Below are positions 46,543 through 58,500 of a stretch of DNA of 64,000 nucleotides, piece after piece. The notes under the pieces were generated by a model, which searched no databases, was not told the origin of the DNA, and saw only the letters and a program-made list of their open reading frames with translations. A program made the translations under genes and the position numbers. The DNA comes from Omnitrophica bacterium RIFCSPLOWO2_12_FULL_50_11 (GTDB lineage: Bacteria; Omnitrophota; Omnitrophia; Omnitrophales; Danuiimicrobiaceae): NCBI GenBank assembly GCA_001804315.1, contig MHFT01000050.1, forward strand, positions 4,600 through 68,599. Direction: 5' to 3'. Within the stretch, counting starts at the first letter, position 1. Every line of letters starts with the position of its first letter.

Positions 46543-48330
46543 ATGAAGAGGGAAAGAAGGTTTAAGAAAATTCGTCAGAAGAAGCGAAACCGGAATGCCA
46601 AAGGCCGAGGTCTGGATTCTCGGCGCGATTCAAAGCATTCGCCGAAATCGAGGCCCTGCTTGGAGAAAGAGACTGTGTCTATCACCAGAAAAGTCCATGG
46701 CCGTACAAGGAAGAAGAAAACACTAGCTTCTGAGGCAGCCAGTTTGAAACGAGGCGGAACCGCTTCTTATCAGGCGGACTTAGATCAGCTTGTCTCGTTA
46801 GGCAAGCGGCAAGGCTATGTCACTTATGAGCAAATCAACAGTGTATTTCCACGCGAAACCACTTCTTCCGAAAGGATCGAGGAAATACTAAACGCACTTT
46901 CTGAGCGGAATATCGAGGTGACGACGAGCCCGATTCAAAAGGGGGCCGGCGTTGAAGAAGAAAGTCAAGTGAAGAAGGAGAGGAAAGAAATAGCTCTACC
47001 TCGTAAAGAATTTCCGATTCAAGAAGAAGAATATGAACGCGCCCGCATGGATGATCCTGTTCGGACCTATTTGCGTCAAATGGGTCAGATTCCGTTGCTG
47101 ACGCGGGAGCAGGAAATCGCGCTCGCGAAGCGCATTGAAGATGAAGAGGCGAAATTGGCGACCACGGTGTTTGAAACGAAAGCGGCACGATATGAGGTGT
47201 TGTGCTTGGCAAATCAAATTGTGAACAATGAGGTCAGCTTAGAATCCATCATTGATGAAGACGAGGCATCCAAACTCCAGTTCACGAAGCGAAAGTTACA
47301 AAGTCTAACGCGCAAGCTTCGTGCGTCGCGCAAAGATGCTGACTTAGTCCCGCTCCTGAAGCAGTTCAATCTGAATGTCGGGATCGTCGAACAAATTATT
47401 GCCAATTTGCGTTCCAAACTCAATGAGCTTAAGCGGAACGAAAAGGCGATCGAGCAACTTAGGAGAACAGAGGTTCGGGGACAGATTGGTGCCCTGATGG
47501 AACGGAACAAAGAAATTCTCAGTCAGATCGGCGAGACGGAAAGTGCGGTTTATGAGCATATGAAGCGGATTCAAAAACGTGAGCGTGAGCTTTCTCGGGC
47601 GAAGAAAGATTTAGTCGCTGCGAATTTGAGGCTCGTGGTGAGCATTGCCAAAAAATACACGAACCGAGGGCTCACGTTCTTGGATTTGATTCAGGAAGGC
47701 AATATCGGTTTGATGAAAGCGGTAGATAAATTCGAATACAAGCGGGGTTACAAATTTTCTACTTATGCGACCTGGTGGATCCGCCAGGCAATTACGCGTT
47801 CGATTGCGGACCAGGCGCGAACGATCCGCATTCCGGTGCACATGATCGAGACGATCAATAAATTTTTCCGTGCGTCGCGACATCTGGTTCAGGAATCGGG
47901 CCGCGAGCCGACTCCGGAAGAAGTGGCGCGTGTGATGAAGATGCCGGTTGAAAAGGTGAAGGGGATCCTGAAAATTGCGCAGGAGCCCATCAGCCTTCAG
48001 ACGCCTGTGGGCGAAGAAGGAGACACGAGCTTTGGCGATTTTATCGAGGACAAAGGCGCCGTTTCTCCAGCGAATGCGACTGCTTATTCCATGCTCAAAG
48101 AGCAGATGGATGAGGTTTTGGACACGATTACAGAGCGCGAGGAAAAAGTTTTGAGGCTTCGGTTCGGGATCGGGGATGGTTACTCACGGACGCTCGAGGA
48201 GGTAGGGAAAATCTTTAATGTTACGCGCGAGCGCGTCCGTCAAATTGAGGCGAAGGCGCTTCGAAAACTAAGGCATCCAACGCGTTCGCGGAAGCTGAAA
48301 AACTTTTTAGACTTGAAGTTCAAGGACTAG
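46543..48330 (+). CDS. rpoD: RNA polymerase primary sigma factor (sigma-70/RpoD) with an unusual basic N-terminal extension. Start uncertain
   Basis: Regions 1.2-4: [92 protein letters not shown]. Confidence 0.9.
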   Translation: MKRERRFKKIRQKKRNRNAKGRGLDSRRDSKHSPKSRPCLEKETVSITRKVHGRTRKKKTLASEAASLKRGGTASYQADLDQLVSLGKRQGYVTYEQINSVFPRETTSSERIEEILNALSERNIEVTTSPIQKGAGVEEESQVKKERKEIALPRKEFPIQEEEYERARMDDPVRTYLRQMGQIPLLTREQEIALAKRIEDEEAKLATTVFETKAARYEVLCLANQIVNNEVSLESIIDEDEASKLQFTKRKLQSLTRKLRASRKDADLVPLLKQFNLNVGIVEQIIANLRSKLNELKRNEKAIEQLRRTEVRGQIGALMERNKEILSQIGETESAVYEHMKRIQKRERELSRAKKDLVAANLRLVVSIAKKYTNRGLTFLDLIQEGNIGLMKAVDKFEYKRGYKFSTYATWWIRQAITRSIADQARTIRIPVHMIETINKFFRASRHLVQESGREPTPEEVARVMKMPVEKVKGILKIAQEPISLQTPVGEEGDTSFGDFIEDKGAVSPANATAYSMLKEQMDEVLDTITEREEKVLRLRFGIGDGYSRTLEEVGKIFNVTRERVRQIEAKALRKLRHPTRSRKLKNFLDLKFKD

Positions 48331-48350
48331 TCCCCCACCACTCTTGAAAT
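48329..48350. repeat. Family-A half-element (GTCCCCCACCACTCTTGA) abutting the rpoD stop TAG
   Basis: Left arm only; the weak partner GTGGTTGGG about 45 nt downstream. Confidence 0.5.
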
Positions 48351-48523
48351 GATGTGCCCTATATTGTTCAAACCACCAAAATTGAACGTGGTTGGGATTA
48401 GCCGGTGAAATGACGAAATTCTCCGCCAGAAAACGCGGTGGATTCGCCCTGTCGTTTGGCGGAGAATGACAAACGGCCCTGTTGCTTGAGCAACCACTGA
48501 TGAGATGAGGAGAACGTTCGGAT

Positions 48524-48832
48524 ATGCCAACACGAGAAGAAGTCATCGAAGCAGTGAAACAAGTATACGATCCAGAAATTCCGGTCAATGTGTACGATCT
48601 CGGTCTCATTTATGAAATCAACGTTCAGGGTCAAAAGGTAGTGTTGAAGATGACGTTGACGAGCCAAGGCTGCCCCTCCGCTCGCGAGTTGCCGGATATG
48701 GTCCGCACGCGAATCGCGGTGTTGCCGAACGTACAGGACGTAGACGTCCAATTGGTTTGGGATCCAGCGTGGAATCCCTCCATGATTAGTCCCCAAGGAA
48801 AGCAGATCCTAAAGCTTGAGGATGAGTATTAG
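48524..48832 (+). CDS. DUF59/MIP18-family Fe-S cluster assembly protein (SufT-like)
   Basis: VYDPEIPVNVYDLGLIY...LTSQGCP (conserved Cys) pattern. Confidence 0.7.
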   Translation: MPTREEVIEAVKQVYDPEIPVNVYDLGLIYEINVQGQKVVLKMTLTSQGCPSARELPDMVRTRIAVLPNVQDVDVQLVWDPAWNPSMISPQGKQILKLEDEY

Positions 48833-48845
48833 CTTTTCTTGACCG

Positions 48846-49556
48846 ATGGATAAGGTGCGGCGTCTATACGAAGAGTCGCGTGTCTCCTTTCGGGCCGGTG
48901 ATTTAAGCGAAGCCATCTCAAAATTGGAGGAAGCGGTGTCTTTAGATCCTGAAGATCCAGACGTACTGGAAGCGTTGGGTGTGTGCTATTCTAAAATAGA
49001 CCGACTGGACGATGCGATCGGTATGATGAAGCGCTTGGCCAAAGTTTCCCCCAATCACATCATGGCACATACTAATCTCTCCCGGTTTTATGTTCAAAAG
49101 GGAATGATTTTGGAAGCGGAACAAGAACAAGCCGAAGCACGTCTGCTTTCCTGGAAAGCAGAATTGAAAGCTCAAAAGGAAACGCAAAGCCAGGAAGCGA
49201 AAGAGAAAACGTCAGAAGAACAAGAACGAGAGCGGGTGAGAGAAATTGAAGATCGGATCATTCGGTATCAAAAAGTGATTGCATTGGATCCAGACGACGT
49301 GCTTGGTTATTTCAGTTTGGGGAGCGCTTATTTGGAAGCGAAACGCGTCGAGGACGCAAAGGAAGCGTTTTCGCGGGCGGTTGAAGTCGATCCCCATCAC
49401 AGCCAGAGTTATCTGAACCTGGGTCTTGCGTTGGAATCTCTCGAGCAGAAAAGCAAAGCAATTCGCGTTTACGAGCGGGGAATTCAAGTGGCTGAGGCGC
49501 GCGGCGATATGATCCCGCTTCGAAAAATGGAAGCGCGTTTGAAGATGCTTCGATGA
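48846..49556 (+). CDS. Tetratricopeptide-repeat protein with a central charged coiled-coil
   Basis: TPR-like 34-residue repeats (ALGVCYSKIDRLDDAIGMMKR, LGSAYLEAKRVEDAKEAFSRAVEVDP, LNLGLALESLEQKSKAIRVYERG). Confidence 0.6.
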   Translation: MDKVRRLYEESRVSFRAGDLSEAISKLEEAVSLDPEDPDVLEALGVCYSKIDRLDDAIGMMKRLAKVSPNHIMAHTNLSRFYVQKGMILEAEQEQAEARLLSWKAELKAQKETQSQEAKEKTSEEQERERVREIEDRIIRYQKVIALDPDDVLGYFSLGSAYLEAKRVEDAKEAFSRAVEVDPHHSQSYLNLGLALESLEQKSKAIRVYERGIQVAEARGDMIPLRKMEARLKMLR

Positions 49557-49564
49557 TCGAGTCC

Positions 49565-49638
<74 letters not shown>

Positions 49639-49693
49639 AGATTCGCGGTTCCGAACGGTGGAGAAATAAAGGAAACCGTGAAACGAATTTGCC

Positions 49694-50794
49694 ATGAGAA
49701 TTTTACACCGCTACTGCCTTCGTGAACTCGTCGCGCCATTTTTGCTCTCCTTGGTGCTTGTCACTTTCATTTTTCTCGTGGCCAATTTGTTTACACTCGC
49801 GGACCTGGTGATTAATAAAGGTGTGAGCTTCTTCGAGGTGTTGAAACTGCTCGTTTTGATGATCCCAGAATTATTGGGTTTTATTTTGCCGACCGGCACC
49901 TTGGCAGCTGTCCTTCTTGTTTTCGGCGCCTTTGCTCAAAACAACGAAATCCTCGCCATGAAGGCAAGCGGACTTCATTTGTTTCATGTCTTTGCGCCGG
50001 TCGTGGCGATCGCGTTCTTCCTGAGCTTGTTTTCGCTTTTTTTGATCGATCAACTGCAACCTGCTTCCGAATACCGTTCTCGTCAAATCGTCCGCAAAAT
50101 GTTGGTTCAGAGGCCCGCCGCATATTTGGAAGCCGGCCGATTTGTCAAAGATTTCCAAGATTACACCTTTTGGATCAATAAAGTGGATGGGAATCGGCTT
50201 AAGGGCGTCACGATTTTTCAGCATTTGGAGGATAAACCCACAAGAACGATCATGGCTGAATGGGCAGAGATCATTCCATCAGAAGATGAAAAATCGTTTG
50301 CCTTGAGACTTCACAGTGGTACAAGTGATGAAGTCAATCCGGAAGACCCAAGTGTTTTTTATAAGCTCGACTTTAAAACGCTGTTGCTTCAAGACATCGT
50401 GCTTGGGCGCGAGCGCGGTGGGGTAGATAAGAAAGAGAAGGAGATGTCGATCGATGAACTGCTGTATCGATTAAAGCATGATGCGACCGTCAAGAGTGTG
50501 CCGAAGCGCGAGCGGACGTTTAAAGCGGAAATTCATAAGAAAATTTCATTTTCCTTTGCGACACTCGTTTTTGTCCTGGTTGGTTTGCCTGCTGCGATTC
50601 TAAGTCGGCGCGGGGAGGCTGTGGTGAGTTTTAGCGTGGCAATGGGTATGGTGGCTATTTATTATGTTTTGTTTGTGGCTGGGCGGACGGCCGCGGTTTT
50701 CGGGTATTTGCCTGCCTGGATTGCTCTTTGGTTGCCCAATGTGTTGCTTGTTGCGGTTGCCTTATTCCTCGGGAGGAAAGTGGTGCAGTTGTAA
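49694..50794 (+). CDS. LptF/LptG-family lipopolysaccharide export permease
   Basis: YjgP/YjgQ architecture: 3 TM, a large periplasmic beta-jellyroll, 3 TM; N-terminus MRILHRYCLRELVAPFLLSLVLVTFIF. Confidence 0.75.
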   Translation: MRILHRYCLRELVAPFLLSLVLVTFIFLVANLFTLADLVINKGVSFFEVLKLLVLMIPELLGFILPTGTLAAVLLVFGAFAQNNEILAMKASGLHLFHVFAPVVAIAFFLSLFSLFLIDQLQPASEYRSRQIVRKMLVQRPAAYLEAGRFVKDFQDYTFWINKVDGNRLKGVTIFQHLEDKPTRTIMAEWAEIIPSEDEKSFALRLHSGTSDEVNPEDPSVFYKLDFKTLLLQDIVLGRERGGVDKKEKEMSIDELLYRLKHDATVKSVPKRERTFKAEIHKKISFSFATLVFVLVGLPAAILSRRGEAVVSFSVAMGMVAIYYVLFVAGRTAAVFGYLPAWIALWLPNVLLVAVALFLGRKVVQL

Positions 50795-50837
50795 GTGCTG
50801 GAGATGTTTGGTAATATAATCGAAATTGTTCTTTCTG

Positions 50838-51150
50838 AATTTGGTGATGCGCGGTAGGGCTAGGAGATGATCGCTCCCGCCGGATTTGGGCGGGGGAGGA
50901 AAGTCCGGGCTCCATAAGGCAGAGTGCTCCGTAATTCGGAGGCTTACGTCCCGAAAGGGGTGTAAGACGGAAAGTGCCACAGAAAAAAAACAGCTCCTCA
51001 TTTTTTTGGGGGGTCAAGGTGAAACGGCGGTTTAAGAGACCACCGGTCCAACGGCAACTGCGGACGCATGGCAAACCCCACTTGGAGAAAGACTGAATAG
51101 AAGACGATCGGCTTGCCCTTAAAAGACGTCGAGCCAGGGAATAGCCTGTT
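50838..51150 (+). ncRNA. rnpB: RNase P RNA (bacterial type A, compact ~300 nt). Ends are approximate
   Basis: Universal P4 region GGAGGAAAGTCCGGGCTCCATAAGGCAGAGTGC; GGAAAGTGCCACAGAAA; GGTGAAACGGCGGTTTAAGAGACCACC; 3' P4 strand GATCGGCTT. TATAAT -10 at 50815. Confidence 0.8.
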
Positions 51151-51154
51151 CCCT

Positions 51155-51210
51155 GTCCCCCACCACTTTAAGGTGATAATCTTTGGACACACCTTAAAGT
51201 GGTGGGGGAC
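51155..51210. repeat. Family-A hairpin element (GTCCCCCACCACTTTAAGG - 18 nt - CCTTAAAGTGGTGGGGGAC), immediately 3' of rnpB
   Basis: Perfect 19-bp stem, 18-nt loop. Confidence 0.9.
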
Positions 51211-51271
51211 TAAAGTCTTGGGTTAGTCGCATGAGATTTCGTGAGAGCGGAATCCTAGACAGATGATCATC

Positions 51272-51327
51272 GTCCCCCACTACTTTAAGGTTCGTCCCCT
51301 GTGACATTCCTTAAAGTAGTGGGGGAT
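51272..51327. repeat. Family-A hairpin element (GTCCCCCACTACTTTAAGG - 18 nt - CCTTAAAGTAGTGGGGGAT). Carries a compensatory C-to-T / G-to-A pair relative to the copy at 51155
   Basis: Perfect 19-bp stem; CACTAC/GTAGTG here versus CACCAC/GTGGTG in the neighbouring copy. Confidence 0.9.
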
Positions 51328-51423
51328 TACAGAACTCGGCTTAACTTAGCGTTACCGCGCAATCTCCACTTTTGCACAATGTAAACGGGTGCGTGGCACC
51401 AAACTTTTTCTTGGTTTTTGCTG

Positions 51424-51567
51424 TTGACTCTGGCGGTTCTTTGAGGTATTATTACGCTCGTTCGCCTTTTAAACTGGTCCTGTGAGGCCGGAAAAGGTAT
51501 CAAATGAAAATCGAAAGACGAGAAAAGATTAAGATAAGCTCACTCAAATAGTGAGCTATTTTTTTAC
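51424..51567 (+). promoter_or_regulatory. pyr operon leader: promoter TTGACT-17-TATTAT, PyrR-binding loop (AAACTGGTCCTGTGAGGCCGGAAAAGG) and intrinsic attenuator terminator AGCTCACT-CAAAT-AGTGAGCT plus TTTTTTT
   Basis: -35 51424-29, -10 51447-52; GGTCCTGTGAGGCC matches the PyrR box consensus RUCCAGAGAGGCU; terminator at 51537-51567 lies 18 nt before the pyrR ATG. Confidence 0.7.
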
Positions 51568-51584
51568 CTACGAACTGGAACATT

Positions 51585-52139
51585 ATGACACACTCAAGAG
51601 AAATCATTAATTCAGAGGAAATGAACCGTGCGATGGTGAGAATCGCGCACGAGATCCTTGAGAAGAACAAAGGAACAGAAGGACTGGCCTTAATCGGGAT
51701 CCGTACAGGGGGTGCCTATCTGGCAAAGCGGTTTCAAGAGAAAATTCATGCCGTGGAAGGATGTGAGGTTCCGCTTGGGCTCCTCGATATTACGATGTAT
51801 CGCGATGACTTGACTGAAATCGGCCCGCAGCCGAATGTTGGCGAGACCGACATCAGTTTTGATGTGAACGGAAAAAACGTCGTGCTCGTAGATGACGTTT
51901 TGTTTACCGGTCGTACGATTCGATGCGCACTCGACGCCTTAATCGATTTAGGGCGGCCGCGGTCGATACAGCTTGCTGTGCTCGTGGACCGGGGTCACAG
52001 GGAACTGCCGGTCAAACCCGACTATGTGGGAAAAAATATTCCGACCGCAAGACACGAAGAAGTGGTGGTGAAATTTAAAGAGCATGACGGCGAAGATAGC
52101 GTTTGTATCGTTGAGAGGAGCCCCGATGTGGAAGCGTAA
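51585..52139 (+). CDS. pyrR: Pyrimidine operon attenuation regulator / uracil phosphoribosyltransferase PyrR
   Basis: PRTase fold [21 protein letters not shown]-terminal [18 protein letters not shown]. Confidence 0.85.
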   Translation: MTHSREIINSEEMNRAMVRIAHEILEKNKGTEGLALIGIRTGGAYLAKRFQEKIHAVEGCEVPLGLLDITMYRDDLTEIGPQPNVGETDISFDVNGKNVVLVDDVLFTGRTIRCALDALIDLGRPRSIQLAVLVDRGHRELPVKPDYVGKNIPTARHEEVVVKFKEHDGEDSVCIVERSPDVEA

Positions 52140-53085
52140 AGATTTGGTGGGCTTGAGGGATTTGACAGCTGAGGAGATCAATCTCGTTCTCGACACTGCG
52201 AAAGCGTTTCAGGAAATTTCGCTTCGTCCCGTGAAAAAAGTACCGACCCTTCGCGGCCGGACAGTCGCGAATCTTTTTTTTGAGCCGAGTACACGTACAC
52301 GAATTTCATTCGAGCTGGCGGAGAAGCGTTTGAGCGCCGATACGATTAACTTTACGAGCTCAAGTTCGAGTACCGTGAAAGGGGAAACGCTTCGAGATAC
52401 GGTGCTCAATATTGAGTCACTGAAGGTGGATATTATCGTCATGCGTCATTTTGCTTCGGGTGCACCGCATCGGCTCGCTCAAGCACTTCCTGTGAGTGTG
52501 ATCAATGCGGGTGATGGGATGAATGAACATCCAACGCAAGCACTGTTGGACATGTTTACGGTTCGGGAAAAGAAGGGAACGGTTGCCGGAATCAAAATTG
52601 CATTTGTGGGTGATATCTTGCACAGCCGAGTGGCGCGATCTAACGTTTGGGGCTTGACGAAACTTGGCGCACGCGTGACCCTCTGTGGACCTAGGACGCT
52701 TTTACCTAAGGGTGTGGAAACATTCGGCGTTCATGTCACGACTGATCTCGAAGAAGCAATCCATGATGCGGATGTGATCAATTTACTTCGGATTCAAGCG
52801 GAGCGGCAGAGCGAATGTTACTTTCCAAGTATCCGCGAATATGCGAATAACTACCAAATCAACCGCGAGGTGTTAAAGCACGCCAAGCCTGATGTGTTGA
52901 TCATGCATCCAGGCCCTGTCAACCGAGGTGTGGAAGTATCGAGCGATGTGATGGACGGCCCTTATTCGGTCATTCTCGATCAGGTGACGAACGGTCTTGC
53001 CGTGCGAATGGCGGTATTGTATCTCTTAAGCGGCGTCCGGAAAAAGAGGTGGGGAACAGTTCCTGTTTCGCCAAATCAGACATGA
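52124..53085 (+). CDS. pyrB: Aspartate carbamoyltransferase catalytic subunit. Start trimmed to MWKRKDL
   Basis: [15 protein letters not shown] (STRTR), [10 protein letters not shown] (HPxP-like). Confidence 0.85.
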
Positions 53086-54416
53086 ACCTCCTAATTAAAC
53101 AAGTTCATATCATCGATCCGAAAAATGAAGTGGATGGCGTTTTTGATCTTTCGATTGAAAACAGCGTCGTCAGAGAAATCAATAAAGAAATTTCATCACA
53201 AGTAGGCGAAGTGATCGATGCGAAAGGCCTTTATCTGTTTCCTGGTTTGATCGATTTGCACGTTCATTTTCGTGAACCTGGTTATGAGCAGAAGGAAACC
53301 ATTCAAAGCGGCGCAAAAGCTGCTTTAAAAGGCGGATTTGTGGCGGCAGTCACGATGCCGAATACGAATCCACCCTGTGACCACCAAAGCGTCATTGACA
53401 ATATGATCCGAAAAGCGAACGAGGTGCCGTTTTACATTTATCCTGCCGCGACGTTGACGAAAAATCGAGCTGGTGGTGAGCTTTCTGAGATGGCGGATTT
53501 AAGGAAGGCAGGCGCCCGGGCGGTAACCGACGATGGAGATTGGATCAGTGATTCACTTCTGATGCGGCGGGCCATGGAATATGCCTCGATGCTGAATCTT
53601 TTGGTCGTTAGCCATGCTGAAGACAAGCGGCTCACGGCAATGGGGGCCATGAACGAGGGGATCATGTCCACTCAACTGGGTCTCAAAGGCATTCCGAACG
53701 CAAGCGAGGACGTGGCGGTAAGTCGAGACATTTTATTGGCGGAGCTCACGGGCGTACGGCTTCATTTAACTCATATCTCTACAAGAGGAGCGGTCGAGCA
53801 AATTCGACTGGCCAAAAAAAGAAAAATTTCGGTGACAGCTGATGTAACGCCCCATCACTTGACACTCACGGACGAGGCGCTCGCCGGTTACGATACAAAT
53901 TTTAAAATGATGCCGCCGTTAAGGACCGAGGCGGATCGGAAAGCGGTAGTCGACGGGCTCATAGACGGGACGATTGATGCGATTGCCACAGACCATGCGC
54001 CCCACACCGAAGAGGAGAAGATGGCGGAATTTCAAGATGCCCCAGTTGGCGTTACGGGACTGGAAACCGCTCTTGGGGTGGTGCTCACAGAGTTCTACCA
54101 CCGGAAGTTGATGGATCTAAACAGCGTCGTTCGACGGATGTCTGCGAATCCAGCGGAAATTTTGAAATTACCGCCTGGCTTTGGCGAGATCCGTGTTGGG
54201 ACAGAAGCAAACCTCACGCTCGTAGACGTCAATCAAGAATGGACGGTGAAGAAGGAAAACTTCGTTTCCAAGTCACAAAATTCTTGCTTCATCGGTAAGA
54301 AACTGAAAGGAAGAGCAGTTGCAACCATATGTCGCGGGCGGTTATGGCGCTTCGCCACACTGGTTCCTGAGGCGGTCGAGCAAGCACCGTTAAATCAATG
54401 CCGAAAGCAATCTTAG
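53082..54416 (+). CDS. pyrC: Dihydroorotase. Start trimmed to MNLLIKQ
   Basis: [12 protein letters not shown] metal-binding HxH, DHAPH. Confidence 0.85.
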   Translation: MNLLIKQVHIIDPKNEVDGVFDLSIENSVVREINKEISSQVGEVIDAKGLYLFPGLIDLHVHFREPGYEQKETIQSGAKAALKGGFVAAVTMPNTNPPCDHQSVIDNMIRKANEVPFYIYPAATLTKNRAGGELSEMADLRKAGARAVTDDGDWISDSLLMRRAMEYASMLNLLVVSHAEDKRLTAMGAMNEGIMSTQLGLKGIPNASEDVAVSRDILLAELTGVRLHLTHISTRGAVEQIRLAKKRKISVTADVTPHHLTLTDEALAGYDTNFKMMPPLRTEADRKAVVDGLIDGTIDAIATDHAPHTEEEKMAEFQDAPVGVTGLETALGVVLTEFYHRKLMDLNSVVRRMSANPAEILKLPPGFGEIRVGTEANLTLVDVNQEWTVKKENFVSKSQNSCFIGKKLKGRAVATICRGRLWRFATLVPEAVEQAPLNQCRKQS

Positions 54417-55546
54417 GGTTAGAAGACGGGCTTGTCTTTGAAGGGAGTTCCTTTGGTGTGGAAGGGGAAGCCTACGGCGAGGTCGTCTTTAACACCTCGA
54501 TGTCGGGTTACCAGGAAATTTTGACCGACCCTTCCTACAAAGGACAGATTGTAACGATGACAAATCCGCACATCGGTAACTACGGTGTCAACCAAGCCGA
54601 TGTCGAGTCGCGGCGACCTTGGGTGGAAGGTTTTGTCGTGCGGGAACTGAGCTCGGTTGTGAGTAACTGGCGTTCCGAAATGTCACTTCCTGAGTATCTG
54701 GCCAACTGCAAGATCATCGGCATTCAAGGGATCGACACTCGAAAGCTTGTCAAACACCTAAGAGATCATGGCGCGAAGAAAGGGGTGCTTTCCACCGTTG
54801 ATCTCGATTCCAAACGCCTCGTCGTGAAGGCAAAAGATTCTCCCAGTATAGTCGGCATCGATCTTGTGAAAGAAGTGACATGTGAGAAGCCATACGATTT
54901 TCGTGAAACCCTGCCCAGTGAATTTCATTGGCCCGCTAAAGGCATGTCCACCTCTTATGCTGGGCCCAAGCGGCGTGAGCATTTTATCGTTTGTGTGGAT
55001 GGTGGAATCAAATGGAACATGTTACGGAAGCTCAATCAACACAACTTCCGCGTAAGAGTGGTTCCAGCCAATACGACTGCGGAAGATATTTTGGAACTAA
55101 AACCGGAAGGTGTTTTTTATTCAAACGGCCCTGGCGATCCGGAACCCGTAACGTATTTGTGGGGCGAGATGCGTAAGCTGATTGGAAAAATTCCGATTTT
55201 TGGGATTTGTCTTGGCCATCAGATGGTCGGTCTTGCGCTCGGCGGAAGGACATTCAAGTTGAAATTCGGCCACCGGGGCGGCAATCATCCGGTCCTGGAT
55301 TTGAAATCGAAACGGGTAGAAATCACCTCTCAGAACCACGGCTTTTGTGTCGACATGGATTCCCTTCCTAAGGATGAAATCGAGTGTACGCACATCAACT
55401 TAAATGATCAGACTCTTGAAGGCCTTCGACACAAGAAGTATCCCCTTTTTGCCGTTCAGTACCATCCGGAAAATTCTCCAGGACCTCACGATTCAGATTA
55501 TTTGTTCAGTCGTTTTTACGCTATGGTTGACCATGGCGTGTGGTGA
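54398..55546 (+). CDS. carA: Carbamoyl-phosphate synthase small (glutaminase) subunit
   Basis: N-terminal CPSase_sm domain, GATase catalytic Cys in GICLGHQ, HG...HPE. Confidence 0.9.
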   Translation: MPKAILGLEDGLVFEGSSFGVEGEAYGEVVFNTSMSGYQEILTDPSYKGQIVTMTNPHIGNYGVNQADVESRRPWVEGFVVRELSSVVSNWRSEMSLPEYLANCKIIGIQGIDTRKLVKHLRDHGAKKGVLSTVDLDSKRLVVKAKDSPSIVGIDLVKEVTCEKPYDFRETLPSEFHWPAKGMSTSYAGPKRREHFIVCVDGGIKWNMLRKLNQHNFRVRVVPANTTAEDILELKPEGVFYSNGPGDPEPVTYLWGEMRKLIGKIPIFGICLGHQMVGLALGGRTFKLKFGHRGGNHPVLDLKSKRVEITSQNHGFCVDMDSLPKDEIECTHINLNDQTLEGLRHKKYPLFAVQYHPENSPGPHDSDYLFSRFYAMVDHGVW

Positions 55547-55561
55547 AGGAAGCCTCGTTTT

Positions 55562-58500
55562 ATGCCAAAACGGACGGATATTAAGAAAATCCTGATCATT
55601 GGTTCCGGACCCATTATCATTGGGCAGGGGTGTGAGTTTGACTATTCAGGTTCGCAAGCCTGCAAGGCTCTTAGAGAAGAAAGCTATCAAGTTGTGCTCG
55701 TCAATTCAAATCCAGCCACGATCATGACGGATCCCGAAGTTGCTGATCGAACGTACATTGAGCCGATTACGTCCGAAGTGTTAGAGCAAATTATCGAGCG
55801 GGAACGTCCAGACGCGTGCCTCGCGACCATGGGTGGCCAAACCGGTCTCAACACGGCGGTGGAAGCGTATGAAAAAGGGATTTTTGACCGCTATGGCGTA
55901 GAAATGATCGGGGTGAATTATGCAGCCGTGAAGAAGGCAGAGGACCGACACGAGTTCCAACAGGCGATGCAACGTATCGGCCTTGATTTGCCGCGTTCCG
56001 AATGCGCCTATTCGGTGGAGGAAGCGATCGAAGCCGCGAAACGAATCGGTTTTCCCGTCGTCGTACGGCCAAGCTTTACCCTCGGCGGTTCTGGAAGCGG
56101 CATTTGCTTTAATGAGGACAGCCTTCGGCGAGTCGTCCGGCTCGGCCTGGAATACAGCATCGTGCGTGAAGTACTCATTGAAGAATCGGTTTTGGGTTGG
56201 AAAGAATATGAGCTTGAGGTGATGCGAGACTGTAGGGATAATTTTGTCGTCATTTGTTCCATTGAAAATTTCGATCCGATGGGAATTCATACGGGCGATT
56301 CGATTACGGTTGCGCCGGCTCAGACGCTTACCGATAAGGAGTATCAGAGAATGCGGGACGCCGCGCGGAGGGTCATCTCTGAAATCGGGGTGGAGACAGG
56401 CGGTTCGAATATTCAGTTTGCTGTTCATCCGGTGACGGGCCGTATGGTTGTGATTGAAATGAATCCGCGCGTTTCTCGGTCTTCAGCGCTTGCCTCTAAA
56501 GCGACTGGGTTTCCCATCGCAAAATTTGCAGCGAAGCTTGCCGTTGGGATGACCTTGGATGAGATTCCGAATGACATTACGAAATACACGCCCGCCGGTT
56601 TCGAACCGAGTATCGATTACTGCGTCGTCAAGGTTCCTCGATTTGCCTTTGAAAAGTTTGAGGGGGTAGACGACACGCTTTCGACACAGATGAAGTCTGT
56701 GGGAGAAACGATGGCGATCGGCAGGACTTTCAAGGAAGCGCTTCAAAAGGGCCTGCGGGGCCTCGAGATCAGGAGAAGTGGTCTTGGCGGCGACGGCCGT
56801 GACGAAATTTTTGGCGAAGAAATCAGTTCAAAGGAAGCGTTGTTGAAATTGATAGACCGCGCGAAGCAAGATGAACCCCTTCGAGAAAAGATTGCGGAGT
56901 ATCTCCGTATTCCAAAATCGGATCGACCATTTTATATTAAGTACGCCTTTTACGCAGGTCTGACCTCGCAAGAAATATTTGAGCTTACGAAGATCGATCC
57001 ATGGTTTCTGGAGCAGATCAGACAAATCGTCGAGATGGAAAGAGAATTGTTGTCTGTAGGGGCGCACGGCCGTGCGCCCCTACTCCTGCTACGCAAAGCG
57101 AAACAATTCGGCTTCTCCGATCAGCAAATTGCGTTCTACTGGGATCAAACGGAATCTGATATTCGTGCACTTCGCAGAGCGCACGGAATCGAGGCCGTCT
57201 ATAAACTCGTAGATACTTGCGCTGCGGAATTCAAGGCGTACACGCCGTACTTTTATTCGACCTATGAGGAGGAAGACGAGTCCGTTACAAGTGAAAAGAA
57301 AAAAATTATGATCCTCGGAGGAGGTCCCAACCGAATTGGACAAGGGATCGAATTCGACTACTGTTGTGTTCACGCGGCACTTGCGTTAAAAGAACTAGGC
57401 TATGAAACCATTATGGTGAATTCAAACCCCGAGACGGTCAGCACGGATTACGACACATCGGATAAACTTTTTTTTGAGCCGCTCACACTGGAGGACGTTT
57501 TAAACATAGCGGATCGTGAGAAACCGGACGGCCTCGTTGTTCAACTCGGGGGCCAAACCCCGCTTAATCTCTCGAGCGGCTTAGAAGCGGCCGGCCTCAA
57601 GATTTTGGGGACGTCTACGCGGTCGATTTATATGGCGGAGGATCGGAAGCAGTTTCGGGCCCTGCTCGACAAACTCGGAGTCCGGCAGCCAAAAAGCGAA
57701 ACCGTTTTTACAGCGGAGGAAGCCTTTCAGGTTGCTCAAGCCATTGGTTACCCGGTTCTGATCCGGCCTTCTTTTGTCCTAGGTGGGCGTGCGATGGAGA
57801 TTATTTATGATGACGTACAGCTGAAAAAATACATCCGGCATGCGGTAGAAGCAAGCGACAGAAAGCCGGTCCTGATTGACAAGTTTTTAGAAAATGCAAT
57901 AGAGGTGGACGTCGATCTCATTGGAGACGGGAAAAATTTTGTCGTGGGAGGAGTTCTGGAGCACATAGAAGAAGCAGGCGTTCATTCGGGCGATGCGGCG
58001 ATGGCACTTCCTCCGTTTACGCTTTCAAAAAAATTGATTTCCGAGCTCAAGGAAAAAACAAAACAACTCGCGGCTGAACTCGACATCGTCGGCTTAATGA
58101 ATGTCCAATACGCTATTCAAGATGGCGAGATTTATTGTTTGGAGGTAAACCCGCGGGCTTCTCGGACCGTGCCTTTCGTGAGTAAGGCCATTGGTATTCC
58201 ACTCGCGAAACTTGCTGCGAAAGTGATGATCGGCAAAACGCTCAAAGAGCTTGGGTTTACGGAGGAGGTGGTGCCGCGCCATTTTTCGGTCAAAGAGTCT
58301 GTCTTTCCATTTGTGAAGTTTCCCGGTGTGGATATCATCCTGTCACCGGAGATGAAATCAACGGGCGAGGTGATGGCGATTGATGAAGATTTTGACCTCG
58401 CGGTCTACAAATCCCAGCAGGCGGCATACTGCAGCGTTCCTGTTTCAGGGCGGGTGTTTATCAGCGTCAAGGATGAGGACAAAAAAAAGGTGGTTCCGGT

